Shown: positions 25,098-37,283 of the stretch, in pieces
Layout: the number at the start of each line of letters is the position of its first letter
Numbering within the stretch: position 1 is the first letter of the stretch
Origin: Ruditapes philippinarum
Taxonomy: Eukaryota
Reading direction: 5' to 3'
Assembly (NCBI RefSeq): GCF_026571515.1
Contig: NW_026864756.1
Location: forward strand, 1-64,000
DNA: 64,000 nt
The notes under the pieces: generated by a model
What the model saw: only the letters and a program-made list of their open reading frames with translations
Databases searched by the model: none
What the model was told of the DNA's origin: nothing
Made by a program: the position numbers and the translations under genes

Positions 25098-27450
25098 CTT
25101 TATCACAAACCTGCTATAAAATGGTTAAACTAGGCCAATATTTTTGACAATTTAATTAATAATTTCTAAATATTGCTCAACGGTTTGATAATTGTGGGTA
25201 AATAGCTATTCCAGAAGGAACTTTTAGCTTTTACGTCATAAATACTACGGAATAAAATGTCTGTGAATGAAAGAGTCACATAAATCTTCACGAGGCAATA
25301 AAAATCAGTCGATAAATTTCTCAAGTTTCATACATTTACTGAATTTGATTTAATCAAAATGGCCTATTAATTGATATATTACTGTTAGAACCTGACACAT
25401 GATCTCTAACGGTTCATTGGTCTGTTGCATACAAATTAGTGAATCATTTTGGTATTTTCTAAAATAATTCAAAGCAATTTTGTTTTGGAAGTTCATCAAC
25501 GAACTCACGAAATTAATGTCATCGATTGGGGTAGTCACGCAAGTTTTGTACAATATTGCATTTTTCTTTTATAAATCCCAAACAATAATATATTTTACTT
25601 TATGTACTGATTTCAGGCTTATTACAATATTACATGCCGAATTCTCTTGAAACAACCCTTGTCAAGAATGATTTATATATATATTGAACCGGCAAACATT
25701 ATGTGAATACATTTCTTCATATGCTACATATTACAATGTATTAGGGGCCGGGACTGCATAGTGGTTTAAGTGTGTACCTGTTAACTAAAGTATATACAAT
25801 CTGATTATAATAAGGTCATTTTTAACGCAACGCATTAGGATCTGACGAGCAACAACAGAAGGTCATGTTCCAAAAAGTTGGCTCGAGGGTGATTAATAGA
25901 AGACCTTAATTAAATATGCGCAGTGAATGAAATTAAACACAATATAAATGGATAAAATACCTTATTAGACTGATTTAGGGTGCGTGTTTGGTAAAACTGT
26001 TCTATTAAGATGACGATCGATTTAATATATAATATATATCACCCTAAATCACCATAGCACTTAATACGTGTGGTAATGTGTTTGTTTAAACGGTTTCTTG
26101 GAATAATAGTGTCAGGCTAAGTATCATAAATCATTTAAAAGAGGAAATAAGAGAAAATAAATCCTCTAGCGCGACGAGAAATCGTGTTTATTGGTGACAT
26201 TCTTTTGATGAATTGGATTGTTCTTATTTGATTTATTTAAAATAGAACTGCTTTGTTGCTCAAAGGTTTCTGTCAAAAAAAAATAAACTTAAGGCACGTA
26301 TTTAAGGTTAAATTTTTTAAATAAATTAAGGTCAGCTTTGCCAAACAAGTTGAATCCTCTGAATGTAATCGTCGTTTTTTAACTTTTACAGAAAATATTT
26401 AACAAAGCGAACACTAAGTATTAAAATATATAACAACAGCTAATGTACACGTATTCACAAGATGAACAACCCTCTGAGCATGAAAACAATAAAGACTTTG
26501 CAAACTTTTCTCATTCTGTTCTTTTACATATTACACTTTTATCTGCAGTATCTGATATACGCGATTGTTTAAACGTAATCTGATTTTATTTCATATACGA
26601 TGGTTTATATATTACATAGAATTAGTTAATTTGTAATAACGATCATTCTTTCATCTTTTTATCTTTTAAGAAAATCTTTTTTCTTTGTATCAGTATGAAT
26701 AATAAAGTAAATTTATATTTTAACACAGTCCTTCGGACAACAATACATTACAATACAAAAAACATTTAATTGCAATGGCAATACAATCAATATTTTCTTT
26801 ACTGAAAGATTTGATCGCTCTGAACTAAGTAAAATAGTCAAAAGAGTTGAAGCTCAGCTCACAAACCAAATCTTATTGTATGTAAAAGTGAAACTGAAAC
26901 TGCCCGAAAACTTATTTAGAGGTAACGCAGAATTAGAGATGAGATCTTCAAAACAAAACTTTAGGAATCAAAACGTCTGATGAACTAAAAGAAAATGTAT
27001 GAACTCAAAGCTCAAGGACAAAATAACGGGTGATTTGCTTTCCATTTATATATTCTAAAAATTGAGAACTCTTAAGTACGGTGGCACAAAGGTGACATGT
27101 GTGTGTTTTTATTTATCTCGTGCGCACGAGATACTATGGATACTATGTCGTGGCCACGAGTTACTAAGTCGCGGCCACGAGATAGCTAAGTCGTGGTCAC
27201 GAGTTACTAAGTCGTGGCCACGAAATAGCTAAGTAGTGGCATCGAGATACTTTGTCGTGGCCACGAGTTACTTAGTCGTGGCCACGAGATATTTAAGTCG
27301 TGGCTACGAGGTACTTTGTCGTGACCACGAAATACTAAGTCGTGGGAACGAGATAACTAAGTCGTGGCCACGAGATAATTAACCAATCAGAATACACGAC
27401 ATATATTATGAATTTTTTAAACTGAACAACTTACTTTTACATGCAACATT

Positions 27451-27619
27451 CTCTATGGCGTGGGTTCGATCCCCGGGAGATGCTTTGGTAGTTTAGCACG
27501 GAGGAAGGTAGTCTAGTACTGGTGTAACTCTCCAGGAACGATGGTTAGGAAACTACCCGCCTATATGACTGAAATACTGTTGGGAAAATGCGTAAAATGA
27601 AACAAACTAACTAAACAAA
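27451..27619 (+). mobile_element. 5'-truncated tRNA-derived SINE nested in the MITE
   Basis: B-box GGTTCGATCC, AAAC-rich tail, perfect 12-bp TSD ACATGCAACATT (27439-27450 and 27620-27631); same family as 48534-48752. Confidence 0.9.
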
Positions 27620-27699
27620 ACATGCAACATTAATCTTTGAAAATACTGAAGATATTCACTTTGAACTTGTCTTTAGGATCATATTAGAAAGCTACCTTC

Positions 27700-28099
27700 C
27701 AAGGCCCATCAGACATTAATTTTGACTCTAGCCCTTTGTTGGGACAATTTTATGATCGAATTGGTCAGTTTGTACATCATCGGCCTGTTAACCTTGTTTA
27801 TACGATAACATGAGAAGAAATAAGTCATGGAAGGGACATTGCCCATGGCCAGTAGATAGCCTATAAGGTAAAATCCTTGTCTGATGGATAATATAGAAGG
27901 GATAAGCCATGGTTTATATAGAAAGATCATTGAACCTGATCAGTAGATGACATCTAATAATTTCGAGGTCATTTGGTTAAAAATCAGGGTCACAGTGACG
28001 CTACATGTAAACTTATTGATCAGTCAATAAGTTGTATAAATGGCACTTTTACAGGCTGGTGAAGTAGTGGCATCCTTGTTCTATAACACATGTCTAGTT
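27700..28099 (+). mobile_element. Helentron-associated (HINE-like) fragment nested in the MITE
   Basis: GAGGTCA...GGTCACAGTGAC motifs and a 3' end GGCATCCTTGTTCTATAACACATGTCTAGTT resembling bivalve Helentron-type non-autonomous ends (recognised from memory). Confidence 0.45.
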
Positions 28100-30489
28100 A
28101 ATAAGGGAAATTAATATAAATGGTGTAATCTGATTGGTTATTTATCTCGTGGCCACGACTTAGTAACTCGTGGCCACCACTTAGCTATTACGTGGCCACG
28201 ACTTAGTAACTTGTGGTCACGACATTTTATCTCGTGGCCACGACTTAGCTACTTAGTAACTCGTGGCCAGAACATAGTATCTCGTGGCCAAGACATAGTA
28301 TCTCGTGGCCACGAGTTAGCTATCTCGTGGCCACGACTTAGCTATCTCGTGACCACGACTTAGTAACTCTTGGCCACAACATAGTATCTCGTGGCCACGA
28401 CTTAGCTATCTCGTGGCCACGACTTACTAACTCTAGGCCACGACGTAGTATCTCGTGCGCACGAGATAAATAAAAACACACATGTCACCTTTGTGCCACA
28501 GTACTTTAGAGCAGTGGATGTGGGGCAAAGAAAAATGTAAAATCTCAGTTTGATAACCTTTGTCGGCGAGTTGTAAAATAAACATTGTGACTCAGCTCAT
28601 ATCCCCCAAAACCGGCTAAAGCAATATTCATTCTCCTCATACTGATAAACAATTAAAGCTCCCACAAAACGGCAAATACGCTATTAATTCTCAGGCCAAT
28701 TGCAATATTAGTCTACTGTTTGAACATAAATAAGCAAGTGTAAAAGTCAGTACTAATTAACCAACAAGACATCGTTGAACGAGGTCAGTAGAGAATCATA
28801 CCATCTCGAATTACTCAAGAAATAATTTAGATCTAGATTTAGAATAAATATCTCTTTTCGCTTATTTATCGCCTTCGTTATGAAAATAAGTGTATACTCG
28901 AGCTTTATTATATTTCCCTAGATTTGACCTAGATTTCTTGTAGGAATATCAATTTTTTAAGATAAAAGCAATAACCTACAGTTTCAGGATAAACATACTT
29001 TTAAAGCTTTTAAAAAGTTTACCCACAGAAGCATTAATCAGTTCTGAAAAGTTAACAAGTGAATTACAAACACCGCTGAAGTTACCTAGTATGGAAATTA
29101 TATACATACATTATGCCGCAGAAATGAATAACATTTTACATGAACTTTATAACATTTAAATCATGGTTTAAGAGCATGAAAGATGCTTGTAATCTGATGA
29201 AAGTAGCGATACATGTGTAATAATGTGCCATAAAAGTAGCAAAATGTAAACAAGGTAGTATTTTGACTTCCATACAAAAATACTAAACCGCTGTAACAAT
29301 ATTTTTTTGCCAAAAAGCAACAAAAGGAAAAGGTTGTTAATTGACCTAGGAGTAACTTTTTGAAAGTACGCCAGAAACAAAAAGCTTTTGGAAAAAAAAA
29401 ACATTTCTTAAACATAGTGGTCATTAAAGTTTAACGATGCATAACATAGCAATGTATGTACAATATTGCTGTTTGCTCTGAAGAAAATTTATCTTGGACA
29501 TGGAAGAGGTGGATGTATTTGACAAATGGCACCTAAAACAAATACATTATTTGTTTGATTTTTAAGTGACAGACCATTTTAATAAACAGATTGTCTAAGA
29601 CTTGATCCTGAGGCTGTTTGAGAAAGTTATTGCATGTACTGTGAAATTAACGTCCAGTATATCCGTGTAAAACGCCTATTTGATTTACTTCCATACAAAC
29701 GCAATAAAATAAACGGAATCCCCAAAGAACTACAAAATAGCAAATGTTGCAGGTTACGTTTGATTGAGTACCTTTATGAATTGCAGAAATCGTTCACGCG
29801 CCTCATTTACACAGGTATAAGTTGATTTCCAACTTATTTTAAACGTTTATGATAGAATTTGGAATGAAATATTCCAACACAAGTGTTAATATTGTTTTAT
29901 ATTAATATCATCATGATATTGTTATAAAGTAAAAACAAAAAAGGTCATGGGGTACCTTTTTACGCTGATCTTCATAGCATCTAGTAGGTACACAGACGCT
30001 GAGAAAATGTAAATTGAATACGTCATTACAAACAGTAGAATAGCGATTTATTGATAATGCTAAGAAACGTCCGTTGTTTTTTTTATTTTCTTCTTAATTC
30101 ATATTCATTTTTCACTGCTGGGTGATCTTCAACGAAAACTGTATTTATCTTTCAACACGTCATGATTATACAGCTACATACGTTTTTAAACGTACTTGAT
30201 GGCTTGTTTTCTGTAAACAATCTCTCAGGCAATGTTTTGAAATAAAACTTCTTGCTTATAGATTCTGACAGATGCCGACATGTTGTTTCTTTAAATACTG
30301 ACATATTGCGTGTTAAGATGCGTTTTAAGATGATTCATCGTTAACAGATAGCTTCATTCATTGATTAACCGATCCATTTGTATAAAGATAAGATCAAACA
30401 AAATATGTGGCTAATTCATTAAAACCAAATCTGTTTAAAATAAATAGTTTATGTGATAATGATTAACGATATATTAATTTTCTCTTTTG

Positions 30490-30620
30490 ATATAAAATAT
30501 GAAAACAAAGATAAGCGAAACAGAGCGGCATTCAATGAACACATTCCCAACAAAAACCAGCAACATAGGACCACCGGCAAGGAGTCCAGCAGGTCAACAA
30601 ACAAAATCAGCAGAGAACAT
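30490..30620 (-). mobile_element. Short copy of the Penelope-like repeat
   Basis: TATAAAATATGAAAACAAAG...TTCAATGAAC...CCAGCAACA...GGCAAGGAGTCCAG matches 22853-22970; absent from the paralog near 21190. Confidence 0.6.
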
Positions 30621-32126
30621 GCATTTTGAATCTCGGAATCTGTTTTGACAATGTAATCATTATGCAGTATCTTAACATATTGTCACAACTCTAGCATTAT
30701 GGCGATGTAATGTCCACATTTCAAAAGGTACGTAACTGATAACCTCCTTAATTGTGACAATGCAAACATTTTTAAAGATATATTGTCTTATAGCAGAGAT
30801 TGTACTTTGGGACCAATTCCAGGTCGAGTCCAATCAAAGAAATTGCTTGTTTCAAAGAGTTACAAATTTACCTCAAACTGCATCACTTCACGCAATCCCT
30901 AAAGAACGACTAAAACGGCAAAATTGAATAGTTTTAAATCGAAAAACGTGTTTAATCATTAAAAAGCATACTTTCCAGCAGGGTTAAATGCCATTTTCCC
31001 AGATTCTTAATTTAATAAGAGTTTTTAATTTTAATTTAATAAGAAGCAAACCTTCCGGCTTCTCTGTGTAACTGTATTCAAAATTTTATTTCCGAGCTCG
31101 TTATTAATTGCTTGGATCATTTCTATCGCCGCACAGTAACGGTTTCATCCAGTGTGATTTCAGATAATATTTTTAGTTATAATGTGAAAATTTATAGTCG
31201 TCAAAAATCTATTATTGCGATTTGATAAAATTAAATCTGAGGGCATAAAGAATGGAAATACAAATATGAATAAATAAATAAATACTACGGAAGCCTGGGA
31301 GTATCATTCATTGACTAAAACATAGTATTTATCAATTATAATTTAAAGGTTATAACTTATTTGTAAATATTTATTACTTATCATTTAGAATTAATGACCC
31401 TAAAACAAGTTGTTAGAAGAGGAACATAATAGAAGCAGACAACCTAAGTTTTTATAAACAGATAAGCAGTATAATCTAGGATCTTTATTTTCCAGAAAGC
31501 ATTTGTGTGAAAAAGGTTTATTTAGGAGCTTTATTTTCTATGATTTCAGACAGGGGGTGCAGGTACAAAGGACATAGATTTGACCTATGCCATACAGTAA
31601 ATAACCAAAGTTGAAATATCCATATTTTCGAAAAAAATATCAACATATATTTTAGAGACGATTATGCTGATGAACAAAAAATTTAAAAGATTAAACTTGG
31701 TTTGAATATATATGAAATAGTTGTTGATGAACTGCTCCTGATAAAAATTTTCCATTCTGAATAACGCACCCAGACCGCACGAAAATAGTGTTTTCACTCT
31801 AGGACATAGTCAGTGAGAAGTTTTATTTAAAAGTAATTAAAAAATGATTAATAACTTTTAATCATAAAGTAATGAAAAATAGATTTTACATAATGAATAA
31901 TAAATTATAAAAAGATAAAATATAAAAAGATGAATTATAAATAATAAGTAACAAATAATAAGTTATAAATAAAGGTTAATGCCAATATACATATGATTTA
32001 TTATTATGTCCAAAACGTGTTGTTTATTATATGAGTGTCACTTTTTCACGTGAAACATAGTTGACCTTTCTTTTCTTTTTATCTTGAACTTGTCTCATCT
32101 TTAATACATCTAACTTATGATTTCAG

Positions 32127-32510
32127 GGAAACACCATACCAGGGTACAATACCAGAAGTTGAAGTGGGAGAGGTTGACGATCAGAATTTAAAGTTAAGTT
32201 GGGATGGCAGCATTACAGAAACAATGCATATAAAGTAGTTATAGTGGCACTTGAACAATATTACGGAAAGCTGACCTAGACGTAACTGAAAGGGAAAAAG
32301 ATGTTTTTCAATGACGGTTACCGTTGCTTTGGTCAAATAGATAATATGTCAATTTGTTTGATAGATCCAAGTGGAGAAAAAAATCAGTGAATTCACTGAT
32401 TTGAATGAAACCAAATTTTCCTATGCAGAATATGTAAAAGCACAAGGGATTTTCCGATCCAAGTATCATTTATATGTCAGAACAAAGCCTTTTGAGCCCA
32501 ACGGTTGACA
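32127..32510 (+). pseudogene. Decayed coding exon of unknown function
   Basis: After a TTTCAG acceptor (32126): GNTIPGYNTRS*SGRG*RSEFKVKLGWQHYRNNAYKVV...LKGKKMFFNDGYRCFGQIDNMSICLIDPSGEK/ISEFTDLNETKFSYAEYVKAQGIFRSKYHLYVRTKPF. Contains in-frame stops and one +1 frameshift in an A7 run. Confidence 0.6.
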
Positions 32511-33761
32511 GTCTGTATTGTGAGGGGAGGAAGCAGAATCAGAATATTTGAAGAATTCATTTTTGATTTTAAACCAAAGTGTTGAAGCTTCTTCTATGGT
32601 GTATGAAAAGATACTGTTGTGTTTGAAAAATAAATGCATCAGTGTATCATTTCCCATGATTAGTTATGCAATATGTATATAGAGCAAAAATTTAGCTGCA
32701 GCTGTATGTCCGTCCCGTTCCAAAATATTCAGTCGTGTTGCTCGGAATATTGATCAGCATTTATAGTTGTGCATGTGGGATTCCGTGTGTGGGTTAATTC
32801 AAGGCTTTTACACTTATTGCTCCTGACTTATATTTATAACTAATTGAAATATTCAAGTGTGAGCGGTATGCTGTGTCCTTTGGACACATTTCATGTGTGT
32901 TTATCAGCATCTTTGATTTTAACATTTAGAAAGAATTGTTGTATCATTTTACCTTGTCTTTTTTGTGAAAAGCTGATTTGCCAGTTAAGCCTGACTATTT
33001 TAAAATTAACTAAAGCTTCTACGTTTAATGATCACATATGCTTGTTTTTGTTTAGAATTAAGGCAATGTGATTTTTACTGCTTTCCATAAGTAACTCATT
33101 TGTAAAACTTTTCACAGCTTTATGAATAATATGTGTATAGGTATATTAGCCAAGTTTCATAACTCAGACATGCAATTTCATTAAATAATGCCAATTTTCT
33201 TCTTTAGTTTTTACCAAACTTAATTATTGTGACAGCTCCAGTTTTGTATTTGTCATTCTTTTAAGTCTATGTGTATTACTACCCTTATAGTGTTTACGCC
33301 ATAAGCATTTAATCATTGCAGTCGGTCTGTCAGGGTTTTTTTTGTCCCCTGTAAACAGGATTCATTTTTAAATAACTTGCTATTTGTATAGATTGATATG
33401 GTTTGTTTCCCGAAAAAGTGTCAATGTTAGAAAGCGTAAAAGCTAAACACTAATTTCGACTATTTTCAATGCGGCCATACCACGTGACTTTTCGGGAAAG
33501 GTACACGCAGATTTTTTACCCGATTCAGGTATGTTTTTTTCAATATCTATACTGTAGATCAATTGATTTTGATCAGATAAGGCGCAGAGTACCCGTAATT
33601 ATATCAGCTACCCACGATAAAAAGTCTGAAAACTCCTGAACATTCGAGTACGGTTTTCCGAGGGGAACGGTACACATTCATTTATCATAATAAGCGACTT
33701 CTAGTAAATCGTCAGCTTTTTTTTCACATTTTTTTTCACTGTTTCGAAGATCTAGAATAAT

Positions 33762-34160
33762 AATATCTGTCATATTTTGCGGTTCGGATCGGAATATCCG
33801 TCCCGAGGTGACCCGCGAGGCTTGCCGAGTTGCCGCCCATGGGCGGGTGACCGAGGGACGGATATTCCGATCTGAACCGCAAACATATGTCAGATATTTT
33901 TTCTTGCATATTCTATCATATTCCATTATATTTTAAATTCTTTATCTTTATTATCAATGAAAATTTATATCATTACAACCGTAACTACTTTCATTCAACA
34001 GCGTATGAATTACAAAATCATTCATAACGGTAAAATGACGTCATCTTTATCGTGCCATTGTACAGCACGCGACTCATCTGGAACCCCCCCCCCCCATGCC
34101 AGATGAAATTTCCGGCATGGGTAAAACTAACGGAAACGCCAGTCTGATATGCAAGAAAAA
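33762..34160. mobile_element. Non-autonomous element with a long hairpin and asymmetric short inverted repeats (Crypton/Helentron-type)
   Basis: Stem 33762-33804 / 33855-33898; short IR TTTTCTTGCATAT (~33899-33911) / ATATGCAAGAAAA (34147-34159). Confidence 0.7.
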
Positions 34161-34884
34161 AAATGCTAATATCTTATAGATTTACTAATACAATATATCT
34201 AGTGAATGCAGTAATGTTTAGCATATTTTCATAAAGTTATGGTTAAATGGAACGGAACACTCTGTTTTTTAAAGGATTAGGTACACACAAATTTTCTGTC
34301 AATTTGAATAAATCTGGAAAAAAAATATATGAAAATTTGCTTTTACTAATAATGTGAGTGTTTTACCTTTATGTTTTACATTAATGCAGTGCTGTTTTAG
34401 CATTAGTTCATCAAGTTGAAATGTTATGAAACAAAGTGCTTTCAAAAGGGATACGAAATACATATGGAGCACATTCTAACTAGTAAAACTAGAAATTAAA
34501 GTCGCCATATGATACGCGTAACCTAACCAAAAAAGACCTACATTACCTGAATTAAAAGTTATTGATGTTTTAAAAGCTTCATTTCGTTAAACAATATTTC
34601 AATACCACGGTCATATTTAATTAAAAATACAGTTGCCGTTGCTTAAATCTCAAATGTTTTTTCAATTATACTAGTGCCCCTTAGGGTATTTATAAAGGCA
34701 CTTACGGGCACCCAACGTTTCAAAGGAGCAATGCCTGCCTAGCACACACATGGAAATAACTACGAAATTATAAATATTAAAAAAGAAGTAAAAAAAAAGG
34801 TATTAATTAGTTATAACTTTTAACATGTAATTAATGAATATTATTTATTTTTAATAAGTAATAAATAATACTCCCAGGCTTCCA

Positions 34885-35340
34885 ATACACATTATTTTTT
34901 CAAGTTTTTTTTTCTTCTTCTTCTTCTGGCAAATGATACATAACTCGTTTCCAATCAAGTAATAAAGATAAAGAAGAGCTAAAATTAAATTCTTAACAAA
35001 AGCTATCTACTTTTGATTATTTACATTAACGTAGCATTAGCATTCTAACAGAATGCAGTAGAACACGTTTTAATGCATTTTTTTATGAAATGGCTATATG
35101 TTAGGATAAATATATTTTGATACACATTATTTTTTCAAGTTTTTTTTCTTCTTCTACTTCTTCTGGCAAATGATACATAACTCGTTTCCAATCAAGTAAT
35201 AAAAATAAAGAAGAGCTAAAATTAAATTCTTAACAAAAGCTATCTACTATTGATTATTTACATTAACGTAGCATAAGCGCAGTAGAACACGTTTTAATGC
35301 ATTTTTTATGATATGGCTATATGTTAGGATAAATATATTT
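34885..35340 (+). repeat. Tandem duplication, unit ~235 bp x2
   Basis: ATACACATTATTTTTTCAAG...TTAGGATAAATATATTTT repeated at ~34885 and ~35120. Confidence 0.9.
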
Positions 35341-35429
35341 TAAAAATAAGGGGTGAATATTAATATATAATCGTAACTTCACCTGTACTTCATTCTGTCT
35401 CTGTATTGTTGTTGTTGTTGTTGTTGTTC

Positions 35430-35900
35430 CATAATCGCAACTACTCGGCCCTTTTTGTCAGTCTTCGGATAAGGACCTCGAACACAATAGTATGAATACA
35501 CAGAACGGATACGGTATTTCGGTCATACCTACGCTAAGAAACTAGACATGTAAACAAATGGTTATTTAATGCTTGGAGTTGTTGATAAGTTTATTTCCAA
35601 TATATCAAGTAAATGCCCACCTAAAATAAGTGAATTCATAGATACAAAAGCAAACAATACATAATTTGTATATTTATTATGGTTGTAGAAACCGAAAGTA
35701 CAAATTGCCAACCAGTTGACATTCAGTCGCATTTGTTTAAAATTGTACATCAGTGGTCATATTTAAATTAAAAATGGTTGTCAGATATATTTTCAGTCAT
35801 AATTGTACCGAAACAGACTTATTTTTCTTTTGGATGTCAATGATATAAACATTCGTTTTACATCTTTATATCTGAATTCACGTGGTAGAACAACTTTCAC
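35430..35900 (+). repeat. Diverged duplicate of 38810-39290
   Basis: Shared CGGATAAGGACCTCGA.CACAATAG, GAACGGATACGGTATTTCGGTCA, TTATGGTTGTAGAAAC, TTTGGATGTCAA. Confidence 0.85.
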
Positions 35901-36838
35901 TTAGTTTTTTTTTTCGAGGTTATTATTATAGATAATAGCCGAGGCAGTTCCGAATGGTCGTTCTATTGTTGTAGTATTGAATTTTCACCATTTATTGGTC
36001 CGGATGTTTTCATTTTATAATTGCATTGTTTTCCTACACTGTATAAACACATGTCACAACAATAAACGATTTGCTTTCTTTCGTGCTTCCTTGCTAATTT
36101 ACTTACTACATTGTAACTTGCTTTCGTTACTTTACTTTACTGTACTGTATTGTGCTGTACTGTACTATAATATATTTATAATTACTTTACACTGTACTTG
36201 ACTTGATTTTACTGTACACTACTTTACTTAAATTTACTTTACTTGAAAGTTAGGATTTCATATGGATGCTTAAGCTTCATATATACGGAAACCTACATAC
36301 AGTTCACTAATTTTAAATCCATATGTTTTCATTTCTAATAAAGCGAATGGTATATCATTGAAATGACTACAGAATTATTCTATATGTGTCTTTTTCATAG
36401 ATATCACTTAGATATTTTCGGTATGTCCTTTATTTAGAATGAAAACATAAAAACAACATTTTTATCAGCAAAATTATGCGGTCCTTCTCATGTAGACTGA
36501 CAGTATTATTATAAGATACGTCAAGTAGTGAGATACTTGGTGTTGATTTATATAATTTATTTTAATGTTTTAGTACTCTTTTTATTAAAATACGACGGCT
36601 GTTTACATTTTTTTAAAGAAAAAAAGAGGTAAGCATGTGCTTATTCAGTTGTTGATGTTTTTTTCATAATTCTTTTTTAGTCTTTACAAAGTTATATATC
36701 TTTGTATTTCTTCCTCAATTGATTTTATTTTTTATAATCTTGTTCATACGGTTATTTCACTAGGAAACGAGCGTATCTATCAAATTCCACCAAAGAAGCT
36801 AAGTGTGCGAAGATCTTAAATGTTTCTTCTCAGTAGTT

Positions 36839-37283
36839 TTGAGAATTGAGTACCGCTCAAGCCGGTGCTAGGGGGCGTGAGGGATGTTGCACTTACTTAT
36901 TATCCCTCGTGTACAGACTCAATCAAAACCGAGTCTGCAATTCTTATGTTATTTTGTTGTGATTAATGCTTCCGAGAGATCACTTTGTTTCCAGAATTTT
37001 GTACTTCACAACAGCAGGTGTCAAGTGCCGTGTGGCAGCCGTAAAAAGTTACCCCGTACTTCACTTCAGTGTTGTTATATTTTCTGGCCCTTCGGGATCA
37101 TTGATGCCAACACTATAAAGTGTTGAGAATTGAGTACCGCTCAAGCCGGTGCTAGGGGGCGTGAGGGATGTTGCACTTACATATTATCCCTCATGTACAG
37201 ACTCAATCAAACCGAGTCTGCAATTCTTATGTTATTTTGTTGTGATTAATGCTTCCGAGAGATCACTTTGTTTCCAGAATTTT
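36839..37283 (+). mobile_element. Small insertion with ~160-bp direct repeats flanking ~120 bp ('CCGGTGCTAGGG' family)
   Basis: 36839-37000 is nearly identical to 37123-37283; the insertion is absent from the paralogous site at ~22220-22240; degenerate relatives at 7613, ~15000, ~20390, ~29780, ~52225-52480 and ~59860. Confidence 0.8.

Larger units (their letters stand above)
27077..28503. mobile_element. IS3EU-like MITE with TAC...GTA termini, ~6-bp TSD and subterminal arrays of ~21-bp GTCGTGGCCACGAG repeats
   Basis: TIR TACGGTGGCACAAAGGTGACATGTGTGT / ACACACATGTCACCTTTGTGCCACAGTA; TSD CTTAAG / CTTTAG; arrays at 27115-27380 and 28142-28470 in opposite orientation; empty site in the paralog near 19097-19105. 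Confidence 0.88.
31289..34883. mobile_element. ~3.6-kb non-autonomous TIR DNA transposon (GG...CC termini; Merlin- or MULE-like) carrying gene-like cargo
   Basis: GGAAGCCTGGGAGTAT at 31289 and its exact reverse complement ATACTCCCAGGCTTCC ending at 34883, extending as a degenerate ~80-bp TIR to GTTATAACT; near-TSD AATACTAC / AATACAC. Confidence 0.72.

Noticed and set aside
27115-28470. Regular palindromic ~21-bp repeats resembling a CRISPR array
   Set aside because: No unique spacers, no cas genes, mirrored arrays inside TIRs with a TSD, and a eukaryotic context: these are MITE subterminal repeats.
36839-37283. TRIM/LTR interpretation (TGTTG...CAACA) or hammerhead ribozyme
   Set aside because: No TSD, no convincing PBS or polypurine tract, other copies run through the supposed LTR boundary, and no CTGANGA...GAAA core was found by eye. 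Kept only as an alternative to test.
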